A stretch of DNA of 64,000 nucleotides from Mustelus asterias (lineage: Eukaryota), in contig NW_027590159.1 in the NCBI RefSeq assembly GCF_964213995.1, positions 434,001-498,000 of the forward strand, in the 5' to 3' direction. Shown here piece after piece: positions 38,601-52,850 of this stretch. Position 1 is the first letter of the stretch. The number at the start of each line of letters is the position of its first letter. A program made the position numbers and the translations under genes. The notes beneath the pieces were generated by a model. The model did not search any database. It had not been told where the DNA came from and saw only the letters and a program-made list of their open reading frames with translations.

Positions 38601-39479
38601 CTCTTCCTATATTGCACTCGTCTGTGACCCTGTCTCTGCTTAGGTTAAATTAACTAATCTCGGTGTCGGTTTATATTAAAGAAAATTCTGTCTCTGTTCA
38701 TATTACACTGGACGTGCTCTGCGTTTATGCTGCACGTCACCATGTCTCTGCTTATGTTAGTTCGACAGTAACTCTGCTTTTATTGGTGATGACCGGCCTC
38801 TGTACTAAACCAGATGCAGTATCAGTTCTGCAATTGACTCTGTCCATGGTCATTTTATATTTGGCACGGACTGTTATTACTGCACTCGACAATGCCCAAT
38901 CATGTGAAAATTGGCTGGGGGAACACAATTCTCTGCATCCTCCTACAGATACATCTCTGTAGAATGGAGACTAGTCTTGGGCATTGGAAAAGACGAAGTG
39001 ATACCTGAAATATAATTCTGTTAACTGCATTGAAAATGGATATCAAACCCTGCGCAGCATAGTCTGTCGATCCAATACTTTCCGTTTCAGGATCCTGCTA
39101 AATACAGATGTTTTTAGCCCAGCATTGTTATGTATGATATTACCTCTCCATCTCACAGAACCGTAGAGTAATGCGGCCATAATTCAAACAGGGGCATAAT
39201 CCAGTGCATTAATAACAGTGGCCTGGTCTCGTGAAATATAGACAGATTCAGGAACAAATATCATATAAACAGGGATTGGGTGCAGTGCAATATTAACTAA
39301 GTTCTGGTCAAGCGGAGTATTAACAGAGACAGGATCCATTTTAATATAAGCAGAGGCCTGATCCAGTAAAACAGAAACGAGGTAGTGCTGAGTGCCTGTG
39401 GGAACTTAAAGGCGAAATACTTGCCTTACCTGAGACACCCATATCACATGAAAGAAACATTAAAAAATATGAATGACGT

Positions 39480-39860
39480 CGAATAGTACAAGAAAAACTG
39501 AGACAGTGTCGAGTGCAATTTTAACTGGATGCAGTAACTTGTGCAATATAAACTGAGACACAGCCTAATGTCTTCGTGTCAATTATTGGTAATGACCTGG
39601 ACCGATATTAACTGAGACAGAGCATAGTGCATTAGAAGCAATTACTGATACAGGATGGACTGATATTAACTGAGACAGCGCCAAATGCATTTGTAGTAAT
39701 TACTGATGCAGGACCTGGACTGATATCAACTGAGACAGAATTTAATGTGTTATTAGCAATTAGATACGAAATGTAGACTGATATAAATTGAGACAGAGTC
39801 AAGTGCATTGGTAGTAATTACTAATATGAGAACTAGACTGGTACACACTGAAATATGGAC
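39480..39860 (+). repeat. ~59 bp tandem repeat, 5-6 copies
   Basis: gatat(t/c)aactgagacag...gcatt...aattactgat units. Confidence 0.8.
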
Positions 39861-40116
39861 AGTACACAAATTAGAGGGATCACATGATGCAATAATAACA
39901 GAGACAGGTCAGAGTGTTAAATAAATAAATACATGGATTGGTGCAGCATTAACTAAACAGGATCGAGTTTATTTGATCTAATGAACCATTAGAGCAATGA
40001 CTATGACTGAAACTCACGTAACGCAAGAAGGGTGTTGTTCCAGCTTAGTTTCCACCGAAAATGCAGTCAGAATTGAGACACAACCTCTTGCCAGATATAA
40101 AACTTTAAAGCTTTTC

Positions 40117-40735
40117 GGGCGGCACGGTAGTACAGTGGTTAGCACTGCTGCTTCACAGCTCCTGGGACCTGGGTTCGATTCCCCGCTCAGGTCACTTTTT
40201 GTGCGGAGTTTGCACATTCTCCCCGTGTCTGCGTGGGTTTCCTCCAGGTGCTCTGGTTTCCTCCCACAGTCCAAAGATGTGCGGGTTAGGTTGATTGGCC
40301 AAGCTAAATTGCCCCTTAGTGTCACAGGATGCGTAGATTAGATGGATTAGTGGGTGGATTAGCAGGTAAATATGTGGGGATATGTGGATAGGGCCTGGAT
40401 GGGATTGTTGTCGGTACAGACTCGATGGGCCGAATGGCCTCCTTCTGTACTGTAGGGGTTCTATGGTTCTAATTTATTGGTGTCACATTAACACTGCAAT
40501 AAAGTTACTGTGAAAATCTCCTGGTCGCCACCCTCCAGTGCCTGCTCAGGTACACTGAGGAAGAATTTAACATGGCCAAAGTGCAGCTAACCAGCATGTC
40601 TTTCGGACTGTGGGAGGAAGTCCACGCAGGGAGAAGGTGCAGACTCCACACAGTCACTCAGCCAAGCTGGGAATTGAACCCACGTCCCTGGCGCTGTGAG
40701 GCAGCAGTGCTAACCATTGTGCCACAGTGCCACCC
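40117..40735. mobile_element. Two V-SINEs tail to tail (+ 40117-40470, - 40471-40735)
   Basis: Full tRNA head, V core and tail on plus strand; second V-SINE on minus strand. Confidence 0.85.
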
Positions 40736-40954
40736 ATATTAACTGAGACTGAGTTCAGCAATAGTCATAACTCAGAAAGTTTCGTGTAAACAGGGCCTTG
40801 GCACTTTTATGAACAACTGTTAATGAGCCGACTAGAGAAATAACAGAGACAGAACACGCTGTAATGTGATTGAGACATGGCCTACTGCAATAAACGGAGG
40901 TTGGGGCTAGTAGAATATAAGCAAAGATATGACATGTTCAAAATTATTTAAATA

Positions 40955-42840
40955 AATCTTGGTGTCACTGGTAAAGTAGCATTTGTTGCCACTTCTTTTT
41001 TTACGTTTGAGAATGTTGCGGTGAGCTCTATTCTTGAACCATTGCATTCCATATGAAGTAAATATACTCACAGTGCAGTTAAGAAGGGAGTTACAAGATT
41101 TTCATCCATGGACATTGAAATATAGTGACATAGTTCCCAGTCAAGTGTGGGTTTTATGGGGACTTGCAGGGTAATTATGTTCTCGTGCATCTGATGCCCT
41201 TGTCCTTTTAAGTATCAGAGTTAATGTGTTTCGAAGGTGCAATTGAAAGAGTATGTTGCTGCTATACCAGTTGTATATCTTTCACACTGCCAGAGTTGTC
41301 CATCTGTGATGCAGAGAGTGAATGTTTAAAGTGGTGGGTGGGCGTTCATTGAGCCGGCTGCTTTTTACTTGGTGGTGTTGAACTTTTTGTGTGTTGCTTC
41401 AGGGTTTTACGTCAGGAAAGTGGAGAATATTAATTCACAATACTGACTGTTGCCCTGTATGTTATGGACAGGGTTTGGGAAGTCAGGAGGTGAGTTACTC
41501 AACGCAGAATTCCCAGTCTCTGACCTGCTCTTGTAACAATATTATTTACATGGTTGTCCCAGTTCACTTTGTCATCAATGGTAATTCCCAGAATGATGAT
41601 AGTGGGGGATTCAGCTGTAGTCATTCCATTTAATGACAAGCAGAGATGTTTGGAATCTCTCTTACTTAAAAAGGTCATTCATTGCCTACCACTTGGGCGG
41701 CGTGAATGTCATTTGCCACTTCACAACCAAAGCCTGAATGTTTTCTAATTCTTGCTGCTTATGGGCACGGACTGCTTCAGTATCTGAGGAGTTGTAAATG
41801 TGCTGAACATTGTGCAATCATCAGTGAACGTCCCACTTCTGAGCTTGCCTTGAAGGGTGAAGATTAGGCCGAGAACTCTATCCTGAGGAGTTCCTTCAGC
41901 AATGCCCTGTGACTGAGATGATTGGTTTTTAACAACCACAGCTAACTTACTCTGAATTGGGTGTGACTGAAGCCAGTGGAATGTTTTTCCACAGATCTCC
42001 ATTGGCTGCGGCTTTGCTCTGGCTTCTTGATGCCACGATTGGTCAAGTGCTGCGTTGATGTCGAGGGCAGGCATTCTCACCTCACATCAGTAAATCAGCT
42101 ATTTCCACGATATTTGGACTAAGATTAAATCAATTCTAGAACTGAGTACTCCCAGTGGGATCCAAACAGAGCATCATTGAGCAAATAATTTTTCGTAGCA
42201 GTTGTAGCTGTATTGTTATTATTATATTATTATTAATATTTGGATGATCCTTCATACTTCCCATTACGTTGATCGCGTGAGGATGCATTGGGCGGTAATT
42301 GGTCGGGTTGGATTTGTCCTGCCTTTTGGAACAGGGCATGTCTGCCAAATTTCCACAATGTTATGTATGTGATCGTGATGTATATACTTGAATAGATTGG
42401 CTGGGGCGCAGCAAGCTCCAGAGCACAAATCATTATTATTATACCTGAAATATTGTCAGGACCCATAAACTTTGCAGTGTCCAACGCCTTCAGCACAGGG
42501 TTAGGCCACAGATCAATCATGTTCAGATTGCATGGTGGAATGGGCTCCAGGGGCCGAATGGTCCACTCCTGTTCTTATGCTCCATGATATCATGTTGAAT
42601 GATTTGACCTCCTGGGAGACTGGCATCTGTGATGCTCGCGGCATCAGGAGGAGACCGAGACGATACATCCTCTCGGCCCTTCTGGCTGAAGATGGTAGCA
42701 ATTGTTTCAGTCTTGTTTCTTTTCCCTTTTGCTGGGACCCCCCATCATTAAGAATTGGGGTTTTATTTGAGGCTCCTGCTGCGGTTATTTTTTCAAATGT
42801 CAACCACCATTCAGGACTGCATGTGGCAGAACTGCAAAGT
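40955..42840 (-). mobile_element. L2/CR1-clade LINE, decayed
   Basis: ALDINAALDQSWHQ...VVKNQSSQSQGIAEGTPQDRVLG, KSNPTNYRP and ALDTAKFMGPDNI remnants; paralogous copy at 50020-50930. Confidence 0.8.
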
Positions 42841-43219
42841 TAGTCCCTACCTGTAACAATACGGATCAGAGTGATTGCGTGATGTATACATTGACATGCA
42901 CTGGTGCAATCTGAGTTTAAACAGGGTGCCATATAATATAATATATTATAATCATAGACAGGGTCCATTACGTATATATATATATATATATATTGGCATA
43001 GGGTCCAGTGTAACATTTATTGAGGCAGTGCCTGCTTCATGTAATATAAACCATCAAGATTTCAATTCCATCTTTTACAGTTACTGTAAAAATATCGCTG
43101 TCAGGTATGATCTATGATATTAATGCATAAAGAATTCACACCCATAAATATAATACCACATCCCCTTCTGCGGAAGTTGCCCAAACTTAAGGTGCAATGA
43201 ACTATAGATGTACGTTGCT

Positions 43220-44070
43220 GAATAATGCAGGTTAAGCGGTGTGCCGCAGGAATCTGTCTTGGGGCCTCAATTATTTACAATATTCATAACGGCTAAAATA
43301 ATGGCACAAAAAGTCAAATATCCAAATGATAGATTAAGCTTTTTTTAGAAGGCACAAGTTAAATTTAGTGGATGCTCAGAGAGATTTGGGTGTTCGGGTG
43401 CATAGCTTCTTAAAATGCCACGAACTGATACAGAAAGTAGTCAAGCACGCCAACGGAATTCTGGCCTGCGTATCTAAAGGACTGGAGGATAGGGATTCAG
43501 ATGTTATGCTGCAATTGTGCAAAATGCTGGTTAGAGCCCACCTAGAGTACTGTGCGCAGGTATGGGCATCGCACCTTTGGAAAGATGTTGGCCCTGGAGG
43601 GAGTTCAACGCAGGTTCACAAGAATTATACGTGGTCTTCAGGGGTTAAGTTGCGAGGAGAAATTAGACAAATTGGAACTTTTTCTCTCGAATTCAGAATG
43701 TTGAGGGGTGCTCTGAAAGAAATCTACAAAATATTTCCGTGGTAGGACAGGGCGGATAAGGATAAGAATTTCCCACCAGTTGAAGGCCCTGGAATAAAGG
43801 GCCAATTTCTTTTAAAAAACGGACCAAGCCGTTCAGGAGAGTTGATCAAAAGCATTTCGACACGCAGAGTGGAGGAGGTTTGGAACCTTCTTCCTCAAAG
43901 GCCAGTGGGTGCTGGTTCAATTGTTAGATTTATGTCTGAGATTGACTTTTGTATTGAACAGGGGTATCGAGGGATATGGGCCAAGGGCAGGTACATGGAT
44001 TTGGCCACAGATCAGCTATGATCTTACTGAATGGTGGGGCGCGTTCGAGAAGCTGAATGGCCTTCTTCTG
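43220..44070 (+). mobile_element. CR1 LINE, decayed
   Basis: ORF 43368..43745 QRDLGVRVH...LVRAHLEYCAQVW. Confidence 0.85.
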
Positions 44071-44659
44071 CTTTTTTATTCATTTTTGGGACATGGGCGT
44101 CGCTGGCTGGTCAGCATTTTCCCATCCCTTGTTGCCCATGATAAGGTGGTGGTGAGTTGCCTTCTTGAATCGCTACAGTCCATGTTCTGTGGGTAGACCC
44201 ACAATGCCATTACGGAGGAAATTCAAGGATTGTGACTCAGCGCTTGTGAAGGAAAGGCGATATATTTCCAAGTCAGGATGGTGACTGGCTTGGAGGAGAA
44301 CTTCTGTTCCTATGTTCCTATGTTGCCAGGTCAGCATCAGAGCAAAATGGCTCAATCCATGGTCATGCATTTTTGTTCATTTTGGTTCGAAGGATCAATG
44401 CTGACCAGGGCGCTATTCGAGACCATGGGACTTTTAACGTCCAGCTCAGCTAACGTGGCGTTGGGGAAAGTTTATTTGTTCATCATTTCATCTGAAAGAT
44501 AGTTGGGGGTAATTGTTTCTTAAGCCTCCCAGGAAGCCAAGATGGAGTTTTAAATTGAAGGAAAAATGTATGGGTGTGTGCGTGTGTGTGTCGCGTTGTC
44601 TGAAAAACGTCATATTGTTTATAAATCAATTTCACAATGATAACTGATATCCTTCCATT

Positions 44660-45800
44660 TAAAATAAAAATTAGGAACACAGTAAAAACATCAAATTCGG
44701 AATGGGTTCTTTTTCATATGTCACCTTTGTTGATGACTGAGGAGGACATTTTTGAGACGTAGATTCTGTTGGAAGTGCTTCCCATGAAGCCACCAATTGT
44801 GGTTGTATGTTGTCGTTTTCTGTGTCATGAATGAGACTGAGGAGTTTTGATGGAGAGCGAATTTTTCCCAAATATTGTAGTCCCTGCTCTGCTACAGGTG
44901 TTGAATGTCTTGATGAGATTGACGAAGGTAAAGATAAGTACATAGGGCATATGAAGCAGATATTTTTCAGAGTCAATCTTCCATTACAAACACAACACTG
45001 TGTTTCAGGGTAATCCGGGTCTTCAAGCAGATGAATGATTTCAAGTGTGACACTGACAATGGCCTTTCCCGTGATGCAATAATGGATATATATCTGTAGT
45101 TGTTGCAGTGTCCTCTGACGGCTTTGTTTTTAGATAGTGTTTTGCTTTTGAATCATGCATGTCCTGTGGAGCGCATCCTATCTTCCAGCAGAGAAAGAGC
45201 AGATCATAAATGTTCATAAAGTTGATATTTATTTTCACCAATTGCCATCCATTCACAAAGTTGCACAATTTTGTTCACCAGTTATCATCCATTCATAAAC
45301 ATTAATAGTTTTAAGTTTTAAGTTAAGGGATGTGGGCGTTGCTGGCTAGGTCAGCATTTGTTGCCTATCCCTAATTGCCCTTAGTAAGCTGGTAGTGAGG
45401 TGCAGAATTTGTGGTGTGTCTACTCACACAGTGCTGTTGCAGATTCACGAAAGTACGGCAAGATACGTACATATGGCATATGGAGCAGATGTTTTCTAGA
45501 GTTCCAATATAGTCCAATACAAACACAGCACTGTGCTTCAGGGTAACCCCGGTCTTCAAGCAGATGAATGCTTTAAAGTGTGACACAGGCCAAGGCCTTT
45601 TCCATGATGCTATGATGGATATATATCTGTAGTTGTTGCAATGTCCTCTGTCGGCTTTGCTTTCAGATAGTGTGATGTTTTTAAATTACGCATCTCCTGC
45701 AGAACAGATCCTACCTTCCAGCAGAGAAAGAGAAGGTCATAAATGTTCATAAAATTGTTATTTATTTTCATCAATTGGCATCCATTCACAAAGTTGCATA
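44660..45800 (-). mobile_element. RTE-clade LINE remnant with ~530 bp local tandem duplication
   Basis: YDLLFLCWKIGCAPQDMHDSK and YPETQC remnants match RTE RT; 44915-45445 repeated at ~45446-45990; paralog at 51050-51960. Confidence 0.7.
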
Positions 45801-47859
45801 ATTTTGTTCACCAGTTATCATCCATTCATAAACATGAATAAATTTAAATTCTAATTTAAGGGATGTGGGCTTTGCTGGGTAGGTCAGCATTTTTGCCTAT
45901 CCCTAATTGTCCTTCGTAAGCTGGTGGTGAGCTACCTTCTTGAATTTCTGCGCAACCTGTGGTGTAGGTACTCACACAGTGCTGTTACAGAGGAGGTTCT
46001 AGGATTTCAATCCAGCGACAATGAAAGAAGGGAGCTTTTTTCCAAATCAGATTTGTGAATGGCTTGGAGGGGAATTTATAGGTGATACTCCCAGGTAATT
46101 GTTATCCCTGTCCTTCCAGATGGTAACTGATGTGTGATTGGAAGGTACAGCCAAAGGATTCTTGGTGAGTTCCTGTAGTGAAATTTGTAGATGGCACATA
46201 ATGCTGCTCTTGTTTGTCGGTGGTGGAGGGAGAGAGCATTTGCAAATGCTATGCCAGTCAGGCCGTCTGCGTTTTCCTGAATGCTTTAAAACTTCTTGAA
46301 TGCTGTTTTAGCTGCAGTCATTCAAGCAAGTGCAGAGAACTCTATTATACTCCTGAGTTGTGGTTTGTAGGTGGTGGACAGGTTTGGGGAGTCAGGAGGT
46401 GGGTCACCCACAGCAAGCTGACCTGATATTCGAGCCGGAGCATTTATATACCTAGTTAATTCAGCGATTAGCCAATGGTAACACCGACGATGTTTATAGT
46501 GGGTGATTCAGTATCGTAATATCATTGAGTGACAAGGAGCAATGGGTAGATTCTCTCTTTTTGGAGATGGTCATTGTCTGGTGCGAATATTACTAATAAT
46601 CTGCAAATCACAAAAATAAATAAATATTTCACAAATTATTTTCAGCATTTTATTTGATACAAAATTAATTGCAGTTTATTAAATATAATTCATTGAGATT
46701 CAAATTTATTCCGTTCACTTTGGCCTTTCGTCACCAAATAATCAAATCTGTCCCAGAATTCAGCGGGAAATGGAATTAAATCAGACCGAGGATAAGGAGC
46801 AGCTACACAGCAGCCTCTGCGTTTTATTGACCAGTAATCACTTCATCATCACACAAAAACTCTTGAGATATGTCTGGAGTGTGTGACCATTTTTAGAATG
46901 ACAGTATAACTGAAAGTATCTGTATTTAATGTGAAGTTATAGAAGCTTAAAATCTAGATTGATTATTACATCGTTTTGGAAAGTAATTTAAAACTTTTGG
47001 GTGTCCAGTGAGTTTCACAATATTTTACTTGCCACATGATTTATTTTTTAGCCGATTATCTTCACTAATTTGGTTGATGATCTGTTGAGTGATTTTGTTG
47101 CTCTAGAAAGGCCACATGTTCCAAATATTACAATCCGCCCTCATCAACCTGATCATGTTCCCCCATTCCATTTTCAGGGGGAAAATATCACCATCAGCAG
47201 GGGGAAAATATCAGATTACTCTCACTGAGCTTCAGTTCATTTGTTCCCGATATCTCGGGGATGGAATTCACCCAGAAAATCTAGAAGGACTAAAGGTTAC
47301 AGACTGACACAATTGTAATAAAGGACCAGCTTTGATTTTTGAAGTAGTAAAACACAAGTATGCAAATATCGAATAGCAAATTTCAGGACCAACTATCGTC
47401 GCATTCACCAATCCATTCACTGATTCCTCAATCAAAACATTCAGGCATCCAACTATCGTTCATCCCTGCATCAACACAAGCAATTGTTTTTTGGTGTGTG
47501 TAGATGGTGGCGCAATATTAATGCCAGTGGACCAGTAATCCAGAACCCCAGGTCAGCGATGTGGGAACGCGAGATTAAATCCGACCATGGTAGCTGGTGG
47601 AATTTGATTTCAATCAATAGATCTTGGTTCCTACTGACAGCGACCAGATAAACCTCCCTGATTCCCCAATGAAGGAAATCTGCCATCCCTACTTGCTCTT
47701 ACTAGGATGTAACTCAAGATGGACGGCTATATAAGTAACTGGGCAACGCCTTCTGAGATGCCCTAACACACCATTCAGTTGAAAAGAGATTAGGCACATG
47801 AAATAAATGTTGGTCTTTCCAGAGACTCCCACGTCCCATGGAAGAATGAAGTGAAATAA

Positions 47860-49557
47860 AACTGGGAGTGTCTCGGAGGGGAGTGTTGACCCGTTAGAGA
47901 AAATCTCCATTACAAGGGAGGAAGTGTTAGGATTTTAACTGGTATAGATTCTTTAAATAGTATAGATTTTTTAACTAGTATAGATTTTAACAAGTAAAGA
48001 TTCCACCAGGGCCTGATGGAATCTATCCCAGGCTGCTCAGGGAGACGAGAAATGAAATCGCTGGGCCTCTGACGCAAATCTTTGTCTCGTCACTGGACAC
48101 AGGTGATGTCCCAGAGGATTGGAGGATAGCTAATGTGGTCCCGTTATTTAAGAAGGGTAGGAAGGATAACCCGGGAAATTATAGGCCGGTGAGCTTGACG
48201 TCCATGGTAGGGAAGTTGTTGGAGAGCATTCTTAGAGATAGGATGTATGCGCATTTAGAAAGGAATAAACTCATTAACGATAGTCAGCATGGTTTTGTGA
48301 GAGGGAAGTCATGCCTCACTAACCTGGTGGAGTTTTTTTGAAGAAATGACTAGAATGGTTGACGAGGGAAGGGCCGTGGATGTCGTCGATATGGACTTTA
48401 GTAAAGCGTTTGACAAAGTCCCTCATGGTAGGTTGGTGCAAACGTTTGGCTCTCATGGGATAAAGGGGGAGGTGGCTAGATGGGTGGAGAACTGGCTTAG
48501 TCACAGAAGACAGAGGGTGGTAGTGGAAGGGTCTTTTTCCGGCTGGATGCCTGTGACTAGTGGTGTTCCGCAGGGCTCTGTATTGGGACCTCTGCTGTTC
48601 GTGATTTATATAAACGATCTGGAAGAAGGTGTAACTGGGGTGATCAGTAAGTTTGCGGACGACACGAAACTGGCTGGACTTGCAGATAGTGAGGAACATT
48701 GTCAGAGGCTACAGAAGGATATAGATAGGCTGGAAATTTGGGCAAAGAAATGGCAGATGGAGTTCAATCCAGATAAATGCGAAGTGATGCATTTTGGTAG
48801 AACTAACGTAGGGGGGAGCTATACGATAAATGGCAGAACCATAAAGGGTGTAGATACGCAGAGGGATCTGGGTGTGCAAGTCCACAGATCCTTGAAGGTG
48901 ACGTCACAGGTGGAGAAGGTAGTGAATAAGGCATATGGCATGCTTGCCTTTATAGGACGGGGCATAGAGTATAAATTTTGGGGTCTGATGTTGCAGTTGT
49001 ATAGAAAGTTGGTTCGGCCGCATTTGGAATACTGCGTCCAGTTCTGGTCGCCACACTACCAGAAGGACGTGGAGGCTTTAGAGAGAGTGCAGAGGAAGTT
49101 TACCAGGATGTTGCCTGGTATGGAAGAGCTTAGTTATGAGGAAAGATTGGGTAAACTGGGGTTGTTCGCACTGGAATGACGGAGGATGAGGGGTGACCTA
49201 ATAGAGGTGTATAAAATTATGAAAGGCATAGAGAGGGTGAACGGTGGGAAGCTTTTTCCCAAATCGGTGGTGACGTTCACGAGGGGTCATAGGTTCAAGG
49301 TGAGGTGGGGTAGGTTTAACACGGATATCAGAAGGACGTATTTTACAAAGATGGTGGTGTGGGCCTGGAATGCGCTGCCGGGCAAGCTGGTGGAGGCGGA
49401 CACACTGGGAACGTTTAAGACTTATCTAGATAGCCACATGAACGGAGTGGGAATGGAGGGATACAAAGGAATTGTCTAGTTTGGACCAGGGAGAGGCACG
49501 GGCTTGGAGGGCCGAAGGGCCTGTTCCTGTGCTGTATTATTCTTTGTTCTTTGTTCT
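47860..49557 (+). mobile_element. Young CR1 LINE (~1.7 kb)
   Basis: ORFs 48135..48341, 48346..49179 (DFSKAFDKVPH, GVPQGSVLGP, FADDTK) and 49186..49479; TTCTTTG tail. Confidence 0.96.
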
Positions 49558-51582
49558 AACGCAGCAATTAGGAGGTATTGCAAAGTACAATAAAACTGAC
49601 ACATGACAGACTTAAATAATCAAGTACATGGACTGGTGCAGCATTAACCTAAACAGGACCTAGATTATTAAAATCTAATGAACTATTAGCATAATAACTG
49701 TGACAAAACCATGTGTAATGCATGAAGACAGGATTTCCAGTTTAGTGTACAGTGGTAAATGCTCTGAGGCAGTAAGAATTAAGACACGGCCTCTTGTCAG
49801 ATTAGCAGAGACGTGGCTATGTGCAACCATAACTTAGAAATTATAATATTTAGAGGGCCTGTGCCTCGTACATGAACACCTGAAATTGAGCCGAGTGCAG
49901 GAAAAAACTTTGATAGGACCTCATGGAATGTGATCCAGGCAGAGACTAGTGTAACACAGACAGGGTCAGAGGCGAGTTGAATATAAGCAGAGATATGATA
50001 TGTTTAACATTTTGTCTGGGATTTTGACGTCATTGGTGAAGTCAACTTTTGTTGCCAAACCATAATTTCCTTTGAGAATGTGGTGGCAAGCTTTGGGAAG
50101 CTAGTGGGTGGGGTGTTCTTCGAGACAGCTACTTTTTTCCAGAATGGCATGGAGCTTTTTGAGTGGCACAAGTCAGGCAAGTAGAGAATATTCAATCATC
50201 TGTGTTGGAACAGGCTTGGTGGGCAGAAGGGCCTGTACATGTGCTGTACTGTTCTTTGTTCTTTATTCATACTCCTCAGTTTTGCCTTGTAGATGATGGA
50301 TAGGGTTTGGGAATTCAGGAGGTGAGCTTTTCGCCGCAGAACTCCTGGCATCTCACCTGCTCATGTAGCCACATGATTCAAATGCCTGTTCCAGTTCAGA
50401 TTTTCACGAAGGAAAATGCCCAGGATGTTAATAGTGAGGGATTCTGCGCTAGTAATGCTACTTAGTGTCAAGGGGAGATGGTTGGAATCTCCCTTATTGG
50501 TCATGGCCTGCCACTTGTGTGGCATTAATGTTACTTGCCACCCATTAGCCCAAGGATGGTTGTTTTCTAAGTCTTGCTTCATATGGACGCAGACTGTGTC
50601 AGTACCTGAGGAGTTGGAACTGATGCTGAACTTTGTTCAATCATCAGTAAACATCCCACATATGAACTTTGAAGATGCCTGAAGCTTGGGGCCAGGTCAC
50701 TAACCTGAAGAATTCCTGCAAAGCCCTGTGACTGAGATGATTGACCATTAACAACCACAACCACCTTCCTTTGTGCTCCAGCCAGTGGACTGTTTCCCCC
50801 CTGATTCCCATTAACTGTAGTTTCGCTCGGGCTACTTGATGCCACAAGCGGTCAAATGCTGCGTCGATGTCAAGGGCACGGACTCTCCATTCACCTTTCA
50901 ATCTACAATTTTTATCTATATTTGGACTCATTTTAAATCATTTCTGGAATCGAGTGATAATGGCAGAACAAAAATTGAGCATCTTGGTGTGCATGTGTTT
51001 TGTGAAATATGTCATGTTTTATAGAAATTAATTTCAAATTGATCACTTGCAGCCTTCCATTTACAGTACATGATGGACGCACAATAAACACATCCAATTC
51101 AGATTGGCTTCCTTTACATATGTCACCTTTTCTGATAATTGGGGAGGACAATTTTGAAAGGTTAGTTCTGCCACAAGTGCTGCCCGTTAAGCTACCATTT
51201 GTCATTTGTGTGTTATCGTTTTTGTATCATGAATGGATATTAGGAGCTTTGGTGTAGAGCCAGTTATCACCACAATCCTGAAGTCCTTGCCCTGCTGACA
51301 GTGTTGAATGCCTTAGCGAGATTGACCGAAGTACGTTAAAGATATGGACATATATGAAACATGAAGAAGTTGTTGGCTGGAGTAAATCTTCCAACACAAT
51401 TACTGAACTGCACATCAGGTATACCCGGTCTGCAAGCAGATGATGTATTTCAAGTGTGACCCCAGCAAAGATATTTCCTGTGATGCTATGACTGAGATAT
51501 GTTTGTAGTTGTAGCAGTCTCTTCCATCGGCTTACTTTCCAAAAGTGTGATGAATTTGAATCATGCATGGCTTGTGGAATGG

Positions 51583-51885
51583 TGGGTGCCATGGTGACAC
51601 AGTGGTTAGCTCTGTTGCCTCACAGTGCCAGGGTCACAGGTTTGGTTCCCGGCTTGGGTCAGTGTCTGTGCAGAATCTGCATATTCTCCCCGTTTATGCA
51701 TGGATTTCCTCTGGGTGGTCCAGTTTCCTGCACAGTCCGAAAAGGCACGCTGTTAATGTGCATTGGCCAGGCTAAATTCTCCCTCCGTGTACCCGAACAA
51801 ACGCCGCAGTGTGACGACTCGGGGATTTTCACAGTAACTGCATTGCAGTGTTAATATAAGCCTACTTGTGACATTAATAAATAAA
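51583..51885 (+). mobile_element. V-SINE inserted in the RTE remnant
   Basis: tRNA head and V core; absent from the paralogous block at ~45170. Confidence 0.75.
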
Positions 51886-52369
51886 CTACAAACCTTAAAT
51901 CTTCCAGCAAATAAGGAGAATGTCATAAATGTTCAGAAAGATAGTAATTATTTTCACCAATGATCATCCATTCGCAATTTAATAAATGCATTCAGCAATT
52001 CTCATTCATTCACAAAGGTTAGTCTATTTAAAATTACTTGATGGAAGGTGGGCGACACTGTCTAAGCTACAATTTATTCCACATTACCAATTGCATTCGG
52101 TAAGCTGGTGGTAAGTCGCCTTCTTGAACAACTGCACAACCTGCAGTATAGGTACACCCACAGTATTGTCAGGGAGGGTTCTCCTGGATTCCGACCCAGC
52201 GACAGTAACGGAACGGTAATATATGTCCAAGTCAGGTTTATGAGCGTCTTGGAGGGGAATATCCAGGCGTGGTTGTTCCAATTCATCAATTAACATCAAT
52301 TCATACAGATAAACAATTATTTCACCAGTTATATTCAGCATTTTGATAAATGCAAAATATTGCGGATTC

Positions 52370-52850
52370 TGAAAACTGAAACAAAAACAATCAATTCTGA
52401 AAATCTCAACAGGTCTGATAGTATTTGTGGAGAGAGAATAGAGTGAAAGTTTCGAGTCAGGATGACCCTTTTTCTTATTTGGAGGAAATTGAAGAGGGTG
52501 ATGAAATTGGGAAATGATGAGGGTGGAAAGGAATTAGGAAGTTTCTTTAGGATATAGTTAGTGATGGAGACGTTGATTAGGTTAGTTAGCATGGATAAGT
52601 TGATTATGATATTTGGGATCAGTATGTAAATTGATGCATGTAATTAAACAGTATCTATTTGAACCATTCCCAGCTCACAGGAAAGTTATGCAGCTTGTCT
52701 GACACTTTGTTAGAAACAATGGTGATCTCTCCAACGCACCAGGAATATTCTAGCGAAGAGTCGTCCAGACTCGAAACGTTGGCTCTATTCTGTCTCCACA
52801 GATGCTGTCAGACCTGCTGAGATTTTCCAGCATTTTCTGTTTGTTTTCAG
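52370..52850. mobile_element. Penelope-like element with inverted ends
   Basis: 52375-52465 is roughly the reverse complement of 52755-52850 (cagatgctgtcagacctgctgag motif). Confidence 0.6.

Noticed and set aside
39480-39860. CRISPR-like repeat array
   Set aside because: Vertebrate DNA; the whole unit repeats with no unique spacers and no cas genes.
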